The notes below the pieces were generated by a model that did no database searches, was not told where the DNA came from, and was given only the letters and a program-made list of their open reading frames with translations. A stretch of 64,000 nt of DNA from an uncultured Candidatus Saccharibacteria bacterium. Its GTDB lineage: Bacteria > Patescibacteriota > Minisyncoccia > SW-4-49-11. A program made the position numbers and the translations under genes. How positions within the stretch are numbered: position 1 is the first letter of the stretch; every line of letters starts with the position of its first letter. Location: assembly GCA_964633865.1 (NCBI GenBank), contig CAZWIJ010000002.1, positions 64,628-128,627 on the forward strand. The letters are read 5' to 3'. This document shows positions 8,964 through 19,698 of this stretch, piece by piece.

Positions 8964-8998
8964 AGGAGAGTACACCTTGTACATCTCCTTTTTTATTT
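8964..8998 (+). terminator. intrinsic terminator (aggaga…tctcct hairpin + T9)
   Basis: hairpin directly after stop of 7544..8953 followed by TTTTTTTATTTT. Confidence 0.5.
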
Positions 8999-9071
8999 TG
9001 ATAGTAATATTTGACAGAATAGAAAATTAATGATACTCTAAAAAAGCACATTTAGATTCTGAGATTAAACT

Positions 9072-9461
9072 ATGATCATCTTTAAAAATTTTGAGATGTA
9101 TATTGAAGTAAATTTACCTAAAGATGGTTTGCTTCAGGAAACTATGAACTTCTTCGAAAATCTTCCCGATTTAGAAGAGATTCCAGGAGAAAGATTTTGG
9201 ATTGTCAAAATTGTTTCCAAACCTATTCTGGAAGATAATTTTATAACTCACTGGCCATGCAATGAATTAATAAAAGAATTAATAAAAAGATATTGTTTGA
9301 AATTAGAAAATACTAAAATATTACTACCGAACACACATATTTTAGTCAAAGCTGGGTATATGACAGAGATTGAAATATTAAATCCTGTAAAATACCAAAA
9401 ACTCATTCACCTAATTAATGAATTTAAAAAGACAAACAACACATTAATACAAAATTCCTAA
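9072..9461 (+). CDS. hypothetical protein
   Basis: 129 aa ORF with plausible coding composition; no motif recognised. Confidence 0.4.
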   Translation: MIIFKNFEMYIEVNLPKDGLLQETMNFFENLPDLEEIPGERFWIVKIVSKPILEDNFITHWPCNELIKELIKRYCLKLENTKILLPNTHILVKAGYMTEIEILNPVKYQKLIHLINEFKKTNNTLIQNS

Positions 9462-9578
9462 TCACTAATTAAATTTAAATCTAGAGAACTAAATTATATA
9501 GTTCTCTTTTTTACTTTATTTGCAATAATTATGTAAAAAAGTTATAATGACTATTATTTTATAAAATAAATTCATAGT

Positions 9579-9923
9579 ATGAATTGGGGGGAAAAATTTA
9601 ATATCTGGCTTCAAGGAGTAAAATATGCCTTTGTTACAGAAAAAAGCCTTATTGTCCAAACAATCTCTGTAACTATATTAGTAATTTTACTAGAAATTTA
9701 TATAGAAAACTGGCAGATAATAAAGCAAACCATTATTTTTGGAGTTATTATTTTGCTTTTAGAATTTATCAATACAATTGTAGAAGATATATGTGATTTT
9801 ATGGAACCAAAGAGAAATCTTAAAATTAAACAGATTAAAGATCTTTCTTCAGGAATGGTTGGACTAGCTATAATATCTTTTAGTTTAATTACTTTATTTG
9901 ATATAATTATTTTTCTTTATTAA
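9579..9923 (+). CDS. dgkA: diacylglycerol kinase / undecaprenol kinase family protein (DgkA)
   Basis: 114 aa, 3 TM; conserved EFINTIVEDICDF…IKDLSSGMVGLAII matches prokaryotic DAGK signature E..NTaiE..D…KD..SaaV. Confidence 0.7.
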   Translation: MNWGEKFNIWLQGVKYAFVTEKSLIVQTISVTILVILLEIYIENWQIIKQTIIFGVIILLLEFINTIVEDICDFMEPKRNLKIKQIKDLSSGMVGLAIISFSLITLFDIIIFLY

Positions 9924-9974
9924 AATTATAATATCTGTGTATAGTATTATAACCTATACAAAATCTGTTTTATT

Positions 9975-10490
9975 TTGTATAATATATATAATAAAATCAA
10001 AAATAATTGTAAACTAAATCTTTGCTCTATGTCAGATAAACTAAGAAAAAATGTTTTGGGGGTTATATTTGATGATGAGAGAAATGTCCTAATTGTATCC
10101 AGATCGAATGATCCCCTCCATTGGCAGTTTCCTCAAGGTGGAATCAATCAAGACGAGAATATGGAACTTGCTATTATAAGAGAATTAGAAGAGGAGCTAG
10201 GGACTTCAAAATTTACCGTGATTGACAAATGTCCTGAAACCCACTCCTATAAATGGTCTAAATCTCTAATCAGAGATGACAATGTAGGTCAAGTACAAAC
10301 TATCTTCATTCTAAAATTCAATGGTTTTAGCTCAGATATTATACTGGATAATAGAGAATTAGGTGGCTATTTATGGATACCTCATTATAGAGTTACTCAT
10401 TTATTACATGAGTATCGTAAACCTGTTTGGAAAATAGTCAAAAAATATTTTAATATAAAAACTTTAACTCGTAAGCCTCCTAAAAGATAA
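9975..10490 (+). CDS. NUDIX hydrolase, RppH-like (likely start at 10029 MSDKLRK)
   Basis: Nudix box GGINQDENMELAIIRELEEELG; WQFPQGG motif typical of RppH. Confidence 0.75.
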   Translation: MYNIYNKIKNNCKLNLCSMSDKLRKNVLGVIFDDERNVLIVSRSNDPLHWQFPQGGINQDENMELAIIRELEEELGTSKFTVIDKCPETHSYKWSKSLIRDDNVGQVQTIFILKFNGFSSDIILDNRELGGYLWIPHYRVTHLLHEYRKPVWKIVKKYFNIKTLTRKPPKR

Positions 10491-10502
10491 TTATTATAAA
10501 TT

Positions 10503-11729
10503 ATGAAACAATCACTATTAGCTACCAAAACAAGAAAAGATATTAGCTCTCAAGAGAAATCTCTAAATGCAAAATTATTACTTAAAGCTGGATTTATTGA
10601 TCAACTTATGGCAGGAGTCTACTCTTATTTACCCCTAGGTTATAGGGTTATTCAAAAAATAGAAAAAATTGTGCGAGAAGAAATGAATGCTATTGATGGA
10701 CAAGAAATCCTAATGCCAGCAATTCACCCAAAAGAAGTTTTAGAGACTACAGGAAGATGGGATACTATTGATGTTTTATATAAATTTCAGACTTTTTATA
10801 CCAAAATGGAAGTAGCTCTTGGATCTACTCATGAAGAAATTATTACCCCCCTCACCAAAAAATTTATCAAATCTTATAAAGACTTACCTCTTTCTCTATA
10901 CCAAATACAAACCAAATTCCGTGACGAAAAAAGAGCTAAATCTGGTATTTTGAGAGGTAGAGAATTTATTATGAAAGATCTATATTCATTTCACACAGAT
11001 GAACAAGATTTGAACAAATATTATGACAAAGCTATAATAGCTTACCAAAATATATATAAAAGACTAGGCATAGGAGACCAAACCTACAAAGTTTATGCTT
11101 CTGGAGGTACTTTCTCCAAATACTCTCATGAATTTCAAACTTTATCAGAAATAGGAGAAGATACTGTTTATATTTGTGATAAATGTCATATAGGAGTAAA
11201 TCAAGAAATTATATCTGATCAACCAAATTGTCCTGAATGTAGTGGAGATTTGCATCAAAAATCTGCCATTGAAGTTGGGAATATATTTAAGTTAAATACC
11301 AAGTTTTCTGATGCTTTCTCTCTTAAATTCACGAATCAAGATGGATCGAATAAATCCGTTATTATGGGTTGTTATGGAATTGGAATAAGTAGATTAATGG
11401 GAACTTTAGTAGAAATTTTTGCAGAATCAGAGAATAAAATGGTTTGGCCTAAATCAGTATCTCCTTTCCAAGTTCATTTGATAGGACTTAACCTTAATGA
11501 TGATTTAATTTTGGAAAAAGCAAATCAAATTTATAATAAGTTTTTAGAGCTAAATATTGAAATTTTATTTGATGATAGAAATGAAAGTACAGGTAAAAAA
11601 TTAGCTGATGCCGACTTGATTGGAATACCTAATAGATTAATTATTAGCAAAAAAAGTTTAGAAAATGGAGGGATTGAATTTGAGAATAAAATTTATAGTA
11701 TAGATAATATTCTTGATATTATAATCTAA
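10503..11729 (+). CDS. proS: prolyl-tRNA synthetase (class II, short form lacking editing domain)
   Basis: N-terminal LLATKTRK…AGFI..LMAGVYSYLPLG…MPAIHP…TGRWD ProRS signature; Zn-ribbon insert CDKC…CPEC; 408 aa. Confidence 0.85.
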   Translation: MKQSLLATKTRKDISSQEKSLNAKLLLKAGFIDQLMAGVYSYLPLGYRVIQKIEKIVREEMNAIDGQEILMPAIHPKEVLETTGRWDTIDVLYKFQTFYTKMEVALGSTHEEIITPLTKKFIKSYKDLPLSLYQIQTKFRDEKRAKSGILRGREFIMKDLYSFHTDEQDLNKYYDKAIIAYQNIYKRLGIGDQTYKVYASGGTFSKYSHEFQTLSEIGEDTVYICDKCHIGVNQEIISDQPNCPECSGDLHQKSAIEVGNIFKLNTKFSDAFSLKFTNQDGSNKSVIMGCYGIGISRLMGTLVEIFAESENKMVWPKSVSPFQVHLIGLNLNDDLILEKANQIYNKFLELNIEILFDDRNESTGKKLADADLIGIPNRLIISKKSLENGGIEFENKIYSIDNILDIII

Positions 11730-11931
11730 ATTCTAATATTCCTTAAATTTATTTGACAAATATTAAAAAATATTCTATTATATTTATAGATAGATACTTC
11801 ATACACTCCCTTCAATTTAAATTTTATTAGAATTCAATCATGTATGAAAATTTATCCTATACTTCCTAAAATAAAGACTCACAATTAATTTTGTGAGTCT
11901 ATTTATTTTTTTACAAATTAGATTATAAATT

Positions 11932-12720
11932 CTAACTATCTAATATAACCGTTCCTTGTAAAATATCTTTATAATACTCTGAACTTTCTCTTAATTCGGA
12001 ATCCGTGAAAGTACGAATCATTTTAGATTGACTAAATAAAGAGGAATCAATCAAGGAAACTGCTTTTTCTAAAGTTTTTAATCTATGAGCTACCACAAAA
12101 GTTATTGAATTAGAGGATAAATCATCAATCATTTTTGTGATAGATTGTTCAGATATCTCATCTAGTGAACTTGTTGGTTCATCAATAAGTACCATTTTTG
12201 GCTTATAATACATTGCTCTTAGATAAAGTGAGGCGAAATTTAATCTTTGTCTTTGACCTCCTGAAAGATTTAAGCCACCTTCCCCTATCAAGGTTTCTAA
12301 TCCATCTTTGGAAAAAAATATTTCCCATAAACCTACTTTGTGTAATACATCTTCCAATTCTTGATCTGTATATTGTTCTTCCCCATCTTCTTTTGGAATT
12401 ATTCCAAATAAGAGATTATATCTTAATTTACCTCTCATAGCTGTTGATGTTTGTAGTTGCATAGCTATCAAATCTCTTCTTTTCTTATCTCCCACTGAAT
12501 AAATATCTATATCATTGATGATAACTTTACCACTTTGTGGTTTCAATTGACCTCCTAAAATAGAAATTAAAGTTGTCTTACCTGTTCCTGATGGGCCAAT
12601 AACACCGTACAAACCAGATTTTGCTTCTACTTGCATTGAATGCTCATCAAAAACTTTACTCTTTTCTCCATATTCAAATGAAATCTTATCTAAAATAATT
12701 TTAGTTTTCATAGTTTTCAT
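11932..12720 (-). CDS. ABC transporter ATP-binding domain protein
   Basis: Walker A GPSGTGKTT, signature LSGGQRQR, Walker B LIDEPTSSLD. Confidence 0.85.
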   Translation of the reverse strand: MKTMKTKIILDKISFEYGEKSKVFDEHSMQVEAKSGLYGVIGPSGTGKTTLISILGGQLKPQSGKVIINDIDIYSVGDKKRRDLIAMQLQTSTAMRGKLRYNLLFGIIPKEDGEEQYTDQELEDVLHKVGLWEIFFSKDGLETLIGEGGLNLSGGQRQRLNFASLYLRAMYYKPKMVLIDEPTSSLDEISEQSITKMIDDLSSNSITFVVAHRLKTLEKAVSLIDSSLFSQSKMIRTFTDSELRESSEYYKDILQGTVILDS

Positions 12721-13765
12721 GATTATCTGTTAGTAAAACTGGATAAGTTTGTTTTCCAAATCCTCTTATAAATTCAAATAAATCTTGAATATTTTTGATT
12801 TGTTGTACAAAACGACCAACCTGATGTCCAATATAGATTAATCCTGTTGCTCCTCCAGAATATGTCGCTAATAAAGCAACTGCAGTTACAGTATCAATTG
12901 AACCTATTTTTAATAAATCAAAAACAAAGTATCCAATTATTGCCAAACTAGAGATATGAATTATAGAAGTAATTTGGAAAAACATTGTACTTATCATCCA
13001 AGAATTGATCTGATGTTTCACTACTGATTTTGATTGATTCTCAACCTTTTCTACTTGGATGTCTGTTGCAAAAGTAGATCTAATTAAAAGAACTTCTTGT
13101 AAATTCTCCACCGTAAGAGCCTTTAATTTATCCTCTTCATCAATACGATATTTGGAAATACGACTAATTACCATAATATTAATGATCACTGAGGAAGCTA
13201 TTATCGAGAGCAAACATAATCCAGCTATTATACCAAGATTAATTGATCGATAACCAAGAGCCCAAATAACACTCGCAAGTCCTGATAATGAATATAATAA
13301 ACTATACATAATAAAATCCAAAGCTGATTCATAAGAAGAGACTCCTCTTGTTACTTTAGAAATAATCTGCCCACTTGATCTGGTTGAATGAAAATGTGGA
13401 TCAACCGCTAAAAAGAATTGGTTTGCACTGTTATTCACAGAAGCTAGAATTGAAGCACTAGATAAACCATATATATATTCCCTAAAATATCTATATAATA
13501 AACTTATCACTAATAACCCTAAAATAAGAAAATAATTATTAACATTTCCTGTTGAAATTGCCCAAGCGACTAAAATTGGAAATAAAGTATTCAAACTAGA
13601 AAAGATTAATTCAAGAATAATAACAGTTAACATTCTCCATTTAAATTTCAAAATTATCTTCCACCAAGCTTGATTGAAATCTACAGGATGTATCTTAACT
13701 TTTTCATCTGTCCCCCAGATTGGTAAGACTTTCTGATATAATCTATCTATAAATTCTAAGTTCAT
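12701..13765 (-). CDS. ABC exporter transmembrane domain protein (overlaps the NBD gene by 20 nt in another frame)
   Basis: 354 aa with 6 predicted TM helices; sits immediately upstream of the NBD, and together they total ~616 aa, the size of a fused type I ABC exporter. Confidence 0.65.
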   Translation of the reverse strand: MNLEFIDRLYQKVLPIWGTDEKVKIHPVDFNQAWWKIILKFKWRMLTVIILELIFSSLNTLFPILVAWAISTGNVNNYFLILGLLVISLLYRYFREYIYGLSSASILASVNNSANQFFLAVDPHFHSTRSSGQIISKVTRGVSSYESALDFIMYSLLYSLSGLASVIWALGYRSINLGIIAGLCLLSIIASSVIINIMVISRISKYRIDEEDKLKALTVENLQEVLLIRSTFATDIQVEKVENQSKSVVKHQINSWMISTMFFQITSIIHISSLAIIGYFVFDLLKIGSIDTVTAVALLATYSGGATGLIYIGHQVGRFVQQIKNIQDLFEFIRGFGKQTYPVLLTDNHENYEN

Positions 13766-13947
13766 TTATTTAAAAAATTATTTAATTTAGTTTATTTAAA
13801 ACATTGAATATTATTCTATCATAAATTGACAAGAATGTAAACATAAAAATATTATCTTAATAATACTTAAGTACTTCATCCAGTATTTTAATATATATTT
13901 TTTAGTATTTTAATTTTTGAAAATAAATAAAAATATGTAAATTAGTA

Positions 13948-13976
13948 TTGACAAAAATTTAATTATATGATAGAGT
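13948..13976 (+). promoter_or_regulatory. sigma70-like promoter (TTGACA-17-TAGAGT)
   Basis: consensus -35; 12 nt upstream of ORF start 13988. Confidence 0.4.
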
Positions 13977-13987
13977 TATAAATGTAA

Positions 13988-15346
13988 ATGTTCTTTGACA
14001 AAAAAATTATGTCTTCATACAAATTTGACTTGGTTGATCCTTTAACTGGCAAATCCCTATTACATGGGTTTATCGGTGGAATGGACCGTTCATTTGGTTA
14101 TCAATTAACTGAATATATCGAGAATGGTGTTCGAAAATTAGAAGGATTAGTGGAACTCAATCTCATGGATTCTAAAAAACTTTCTAATAACGAAAAAGAC
14201 ATTTTCTTTATTGATTCAAATGGATCATCTAAGGATACGATTAAAATTTCTGGTTCATCAATGTTTGACTTCAATACTTGGGGAATTTTCTCCAAAGATA
14301 GTATTAAAGTTGTACTAGGAAGTAATGACACTTTAGTTATTAGAAACTTTCAATCAACAAAACAGACCACAAATTTTGATGTAATACTATCTAAAGGAGT
14401 ACAGATTCTAGACTTTAAAAATCTAGCTATCACCCCTTGGAATACTGGGACTAGTGGATTTATCAACATTGATGACTTAGCAGTCATTAATGTCAAAAAT
14501 CTTGAATCTCAAGATAAAATTTTGACTACAGAAAAGCAAAAATTGAGATTTTCTCAAGAATTTGCTGATGTCTCTGTAGACATAGTTGAAAAATTCGGCT
14601 TTTTCGAAAGAAGCCAGGATTATCTTGGAAAACTTAATTTCCAAAATTCAAGATTAAATACAGTTTTAACATCTTTTGGCCTCAATGCCAATGTAAGCTT
14701 AAAAGGTGATGTATCAGCTACTATTTGGGAGAATAAATCTACCCCTCAAAGAAAGTATGCATTCGATCAAGAGATTATGGTTGATCTCCAAGATGACTTC
14801 TCCCTGAGAGATTATCTTGATGGACAAAATGATCAATTCCTGTTCAATGGATTTGCTGACGATATGAAATCCGGGATTTATTTCGGTCAGAGTACAATCA
14901 AATCAATTGTCGATAAAGATCCTTTGACTGGATTAGCTCAAAAAGATTATTTCAGATTTAATCTGAAAGATGATACATTATTTGTCAACTCGATTTGGGC
15001 AACCAAAAGTACCACAAATTTTCATGTGAACTTTTTTGGAGAAAAAGGAGCTTCGCAAGAAACCTTAAACTTAGCAAACCTAGATATTACTCCATGGTAT
15101 CTAACTGGTAAGTTTTTAACAAAAAATGATATTTTGGTCATTAATGTAAAAAACCTAAGCAAAGAAGATAAAATCTTTTTTGACAAAACTCGTCAGGATG
15201 TAAAATTCTATCAAAAAGGATCTTCTACCTTTGTAGATATCGTAGAAGAAAATGGGGATTCCCGAAATCCTGATGATTACTTGGGAAGACTACAATTTCT
15301 TAACACAAACATAATGACTGTACAAAATGCTTTTCAAAGCATCTAG
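13988..15346 (+). CDS. hypothetical protein with two ~170-aa internal repeats
   Basis: repeat units share TK(Q/S)TTNF.V…L(D/N)(F/L)…ITPW…INVKNL(E/S).(Q/E)DKI; no known domain recognised. Confidence 0.5.
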   Translation: MFFDKKIMSSYKFDLVDPLTGKSLLHGFIGGMDRSFGYQLTEYIENGVRKLEGLVELNLMDSKKLSNNEKDIFFIDSNGSSKDTIKISGSSMFDFNTWGIFSKDSIKVVLGSNDTLVIRNFQSTKQTTNFDVILSKGVQILDFKNLAITPWNTGTSGFINIDDLAVINVKNLESQDKILTTEKQKLRFSQEFADVSVDIVEKFGFFERSQDYLGKLNFQNSRLNTVLTSFGLNANVSLKGDVSATIWENKSTPQRKYAFDQEIMVDLQDDFSLRDYLDGQNDQFLFNGFADDMKSGIYFGQSTIKSIVDKDPLTGLAQKDYFRFNLKDDTLFVNSIWATKSTTNFHVNFFGEKGASQETLNLANLDITPWYLTGKFLTKNDILVINVKNLSKEDKIFFDKTRQDVKFYQKGSSTFVDIVEENGDSRNPDDYLGRLQFLNTNIMTVQNAFQSI

Positions 15347-15400
15347 ACAAGTCATAATTATTTAAATTTAACCTATAGGCTAATTAATTTTAGCCTATTT

Positions 15401-16798
15401 TTATTTTTCAATGATTTCTTTTACTCTATCTCTTAATTCTATCATATCTTGCTCAGTTTTCCCTTCTGTAATAAGACGAAGTACTGGCTCTGTATTTGAA
15501 GCTCGGACAGAGAGCCAAGCATTTGGTAAATCTATTCTGATTCCATCTAATAAAGATAATTTCCCTTGACTAAATTCTTGTTTTATTTCTTCCAAAATTT
15601 CTTCTTTTGGACGAGATATCTCAAAATTAATTTCACCTGAATGAGTATATACAAATAATGGATCTGTCATTTCAGATAGACTTTGTTCATTATCTGATAA
15701 TAATTCCATAATTTTTAAGACTACGAATAATGGATTTTCAAAATATGCATGCTCTCCATCTTTTACCACATCAAGATAAAAATGTCCTGAGAATTCTCCT
15801 GAAAAAAATGCTTTTTCTTTAATCATCTGAGCTTTGATAAATGAGTGCCCTACTCTTGTTTGCATCGCTATTCCTCCATGAGCTTCGATTGTCTCTGGTG
15901 TGATATTAGAAGATCTAAGATCATATAAAATTTTAGCTCCCTCTCTACCAACCAAAAAGCTAGGTGCCAAGAGTGCTGTTGTGATATCTGGTCTAATTGT
16001 TCGTCCTGTATTATCTACGAATGATACTCTATCAAAATCTCCATCACAAGCCACTCCAAAATCTGCTTGATTATCTTTGATTGCTTTTTTTAGAGAATCC
16101 AGAGTTTCTTCTTTCAAAGGATTAGCTTCGTGATTTGGAAAATTTCCATCAAGCTCTTCAAATAATTGAATTAGTTCTATTTCTGGGAAATTAGAGAAAA
16201 ATTTAGTTATAGCTGGCCCAGACATTCCATTAGCATTATCTACCACTACTTTCATTGGTTTGATTTGAATATCTTTATTTCTGTATGTCAAAACATTTTC
16301 AATATAATCATCCAATGTATTTGGTTTTGATTCTGAGACAATTTCTTTTTTTTCTACCAATCTTTCAACCAAATTATCATTCATTACTATATCCCGAATT
16401 GCATAAATTCCAGTATCTCCTGAAATAGGTATAGCTCTCTCTCTCACCAATTTAAACCCATTATACTCTGCAGGATTATGTGAAGCTGTAATAATCATTC
16501 CCCCATCTGTTCCGTATTCCAAAACAGAATAATACATCATAGGAGTTGAAGAAAGACCAATATCTATTATTTTTATTCCCTCATCTGCAAGACCTTGCTT
16601 TGATTCTTCCATTAGAATCACTCCTGATTCTCTCATATCTCTTCCTAGAACTACTGTAATATCTTTTTTTGAAGACAACTCTTTTTTTAAGAATTGCCCA
16701 AAAGCTCGCCCCATTCTATAAGCCGTTTCATTGGTGAGTTCTTGATTATAAATTCCTCTTATATCATAAGCTTTGAAAATTTCTGGTTTAGTGTGCAT
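15401..16798 (-). CDS. phosphomannomutase/phosphoglucomutase (alpha-D-phosphohexomutase family)
   Basis: active-site ITASHNPAEYNGFK; metal-binding DGDFDR; 465 aa. Confidence 0.85.
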   Translation of the reverse strand: MHTKPEIFKAYDIRGIYNQELTNETAYRMGRAFGQFLKKELSSKKDITVVLGRDMRESGVILMEESKQGLADEGIKIIDIGLSSTPMMYYSVLEYGTDGGMIITASHNPAEYNGFKLVRERAIPISGDTGIYAIRDIVMNDNLVERLVEKKEIVSESKPNTLDDYIENVLTYRNKDIQIKPMKVVVDNANGMSGPAITKFFSNFPEIELIQLFEELDGNFPNHEANPLKEETLDSLKKAIKDNQADFGVACDGDFDRVSFVDNTGRTIRPDITTALLAPSFLVGREGAKILYDLRSSNITPETIEAHGGIAMQTRVGHSFIKAQMIKEKAFFSGEFSGHFYLDVVKDGEHAYFENPLFVVLKIMELLSDNEQSLSEMTDPLFVYTHSGEINFEISRPKEEILEEIKQEFSQGKLSLLDGIRIDLPNAWLSVRASNTEPVLRLITEGKTEQDMIELRDRVKEIIEK

Positions 16799-16944
16799 TT
16801 TATCTAAATTTAAGTTAATATATATTTATTATATCTTTTATTTTCCAAAAAATCAAAATTTTAAATAAAAAAAATACCCAACTTAAATTCAAGCTGAGAT
16901 TATTTTGGTATTAACACTTAAAAGGTTAAGTACTAATACCAAAT

Positions 16945-17172
16945 TCAAATTAAATGTCTGACTAACTTTGGGTAAACTGAATATACAGTATATCCACTAA
17001 CTTTAAGCCCACCCACTTGGAGGGTAACCATATCAGCCTCAAAATAAGCAGATACAGTTTTTTTCCCTAATTCAAAAACAACTTGTTCATCGGTCACACC
17101 GAGGAGCTGAGCTCCTTTTTCTTGTAAGAATTCCAGGGTGGAAGAAATTAAATTATCCATAATGTACCTCAT
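16945..17172 (-). CDS. small hypothetical protein
   Basis: 75 aa ORF with locally elevated GC; no motif recognised. Confidence 0.3.
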   Translation of the reverse strand: MRYIMDNLISSTLEFLQEKGAQLLGVTDEQVVFELGKKTVSAYFEADMVTLQVGGLKVSGYTVYSVYPKLVRHLI

Positions 17173-17374
17173 AAATTACTCTTATATAATACCATATTTT
17201 AACTATTTTGTCAATACTTTATGACTAATTATTTTAAGATTTTACAACTTTTATTGATTACATTTACATTAATTAACTATTCTAAATAACAAGATTTAGT
17301 TGAAGAAAATCTTAGCGTTAATAAATTTTATTGTTAATATTCCATTATTTGAAAATTAATATTGACAAAAAAAC

Positions 17375-18037
17375 CTACCAATTTATAATCTCTAGATTAT
17401 TAGATTCTAAATACTGATTTGCTTTTATAAAATGATTATTTCCAAAGAAACCTCTATTAGCTGAGAAAGGAGATGGATGAGCTGAATCCAAAATAAGATG
17501 TTTATTAGAATCTATGAGAGACTTTTTTTGTTTAGCATAATTTCCCCATAAAATAAAGACCAAATTGGATCTTTGATCAGATAAAGATTCTATCACATAA
17601 TCTGTGAATTTTTCCCATCCTAGTCCCTGATGAGATGCTGGTGTATTCTCTCTTACAGTAAGAACACTATTTAATAAAAACACTCCTTGATCTACCCATA
17701 ATTTTAAATTTCCATTCTGAAAGTCTTTTTTAACACCAAACTCTAATTCTATCTCTTTATAAATATTTTTTAATGAGGGAGGTAATTTGCTACCTTCAGG
17801 AACAGAAAAAGCTAAGCCTTCAGCCTGACCTAGCCCATGATACGGATCTTGTCCTAGAATCACAACTTTAATATCAAAAAATGATAGTTGGAAAGCTCTC
17901 CAAATATTTTCTTTCTCTGGATAAACTGTATGTAAAGCATATTCTTGCAAAATTTTATTATAAAAATTTACAAATTCAGATTTCTCAAAATATGGTTGTA
18001 AAATTTTTTTCCAATCTTTATCTAGATTAATATTCAC
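17375..18037 (-). CDS. ung: uracil-DNA glycosylase, family 1
   Basis: GQDPYH water-activating motif (VILGQDPYHGLGQAEGLAFSV) and HPSPFSANRGFFG. Confidence 0.9.
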   Translation of the reverse strand: MNINLDKDWKKILQPYFEKSEFVNFYNKILQEYALHTVYPEKENIWRAFQLSFFDIKVVILGQDPYHGLGQAEGLAFSVPEGSKLPPSLKNIYKEIELEFGVKKDFQNGNLKLWVDQGVFLLNSVLTVRENTPASHQGLGWEKFTDYVIESLSDQRSNLVFILWGNYAKQKKSLIDSNKHLILDSAHPSPFSANRGFFGNNHFIKANQYLESNNLEIINW

Positions 18038-18317
18038 TTATTTAGAAAATTTATTATCTTTATATAATTATAACTTATCTTTTATCAAAATCAAAATTTA
18101 AATATTTCTTGACTTAAAGATTAAAATAATTTATACTAACTTAGTAAAGATAATTATTAGAAAATTTATTTTAGTAATTATACTTTAAATTATTGTTGTA
18201 TTCCCATATAGCCATATTCCTATTTATGGCTTTTTTTATTTATTTAAATTAAAAATAATTGATATTATCTCTAAAAATTGATATAGTATAATCAAAGAAT
18301 ATTTTAATAATTTATAT

Positions 18318-19541
18318 ATGAATTTACCAAAAGGTTGTATTGAATATAATCCTCAATTCCAAAATATTATTGATAAAGTAGTATCCAAAGTAAGTAATTT
18401 ATACACATCTTATGGATTTCGACATTTAGATACAAGTATTATACAATATTTAGAAACATTAAACACAACCGGAGAAATAAGTAAAGAAATATATTCTCTT
18501 GCTCGTGCCAAAGATGATAAAGATTCATCCAAGACTGATTATGCCCTTCGCTTTGATCTCACCAAACCACTTGCTCGCTATGTAGAAGAAAATAAATTTG
18601 ATCTTAATTTTCCTTTTAAAAGATGGGATTATGGCCAAGTATTTCGTGGTGAGAGACCCCAAAAAGGAAGATATAGGCAGTTTTATCAATGTGATTTTGA
18701 TATAATCGGAAAAGAAAGTTTATCCCTGTATTATGATTATGAAGTATGTAGCATTGTTTGTAATATAATGTCAAAATTAGGGATAGAAGATTTTACTCTA
18801 AAAATTAATAATCGCAAATTCCTGAATGATATCCTAAATTTATTATTAGTACAAAAAGATACTCATAAGTCTATTATGAATTTATTAGATAAATTCTATA
18901 AGTTAGAAATGTCTGTTTTTCAAAAAGAGTTAGAAATATTAACTTCAAAAGAAATATCTGATAAAATTATCTTTATTCTAAATGAGAGTCAAGAAATACA
19001 TTTATCTGAAATTAAGTCATTATTCCAAAAAATTAATCTTGATATAAGCCAATCAGAAGGATATTTAGAATTAAAGTCTATTCTTGAATTTGTAACTGAA
19101 AAAGAATTATCCAAGATTAAGTTTGATTTATCTATTGTAAGAGGCTTAGATTATTATACAGGCTTTGTATTTGAGACATATCTAGATAAAGAACCCAAAC
19201 TAGGTAGTGTTTTTTCAGGTGGAAGATATGAGAATTTAATAGAATCCGAAGACACAAAATATCCGGGAGTTGGTGGAAGTATAGGAATATCTAGATTAGC
19301 TAGTTATTTAGAAAGTAATTATAGTGAAAAAACTAATGTAAGACAAGGATTTTTAATAAATATTAATACTAGTAATAAATCTCTTTTAGATAAAATACAT
19401 ACTTTAAGAAAATCTGGAGAAATAGTTTCAGTTGTAGATTTACCTTTCAAAAAAGCACTAAAAATAGCTCTCAAAGAAAATTTTAACACTTTAGTCTATC
19501 TAAATGATCAAGATATTATTATTGAAAAAAAGATTACTTAA
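18318..19541 (+). CDS. hisS: histidyl-tRNA synthetase
   Basis: RFDLTKPLARYV (HisRS motif), YQCDFDIIG, GGRYENL (HisA/histidine-binding motif 2), class II fold; 407 aa. Confidence 0.85.
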   Translation: MNLPKGCIEYNPQFQNIIDKVVSKVSNLYTSYGFRHLDTSIIQYLETLNTTGEISKEIYSLARAKDDKDSSKTDYALRFDLTKPLARYVEENKFDLNFPFKRWDYGQVFRGERPQKGRYRQFYQCDFDIIGKESLSLYYDYEVCSIVCNIMSKLGIEDFTLKINNRKFLNDILNLLLVQKDTHKSIMNLLDKFYKLEMSVFQKELEILTSKEISDKIIFILNESQEIHLSEIKSLFQKINLDISQSEGYLELKSILEFVTEKELSKIKFDLSIVRGLDYYTGFVFETYLDKEPKLGSVFSGGRYENLIESEDTKYPGVGGSIGISRLASYLESNYSEKTNVRQGFLININTSNKSLLDKIHTLRKSGEIVSVVDLPFKKALKIALKENFNTLVYLNDQDIIIEKKIT

Positions 19542-19698
19542 CCATAAAAATGTATGCAAAAAGAATTATTAGAAAAATATAAAAATGAGCTGTCAAACTT
19601 AGAAAAAGAAAAGGAACAAATTTTAGATGAATATTATTTAAAATTAAAAGAGTTTCAGATTAAGAAAATAAAAGACACCTTAAATAAATTAGAAAACA

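Noticed and set aside
17363-17390. Plus-strand TTGACA…TATAAT promoter-like site between ung and the 75-aa gene
   Set aside because: It faces into the antisense of ung with a 15-nt spacer; likely a chance match in AT-rich DNA (or an antisense promoter) and does not serve a plus-strand gene
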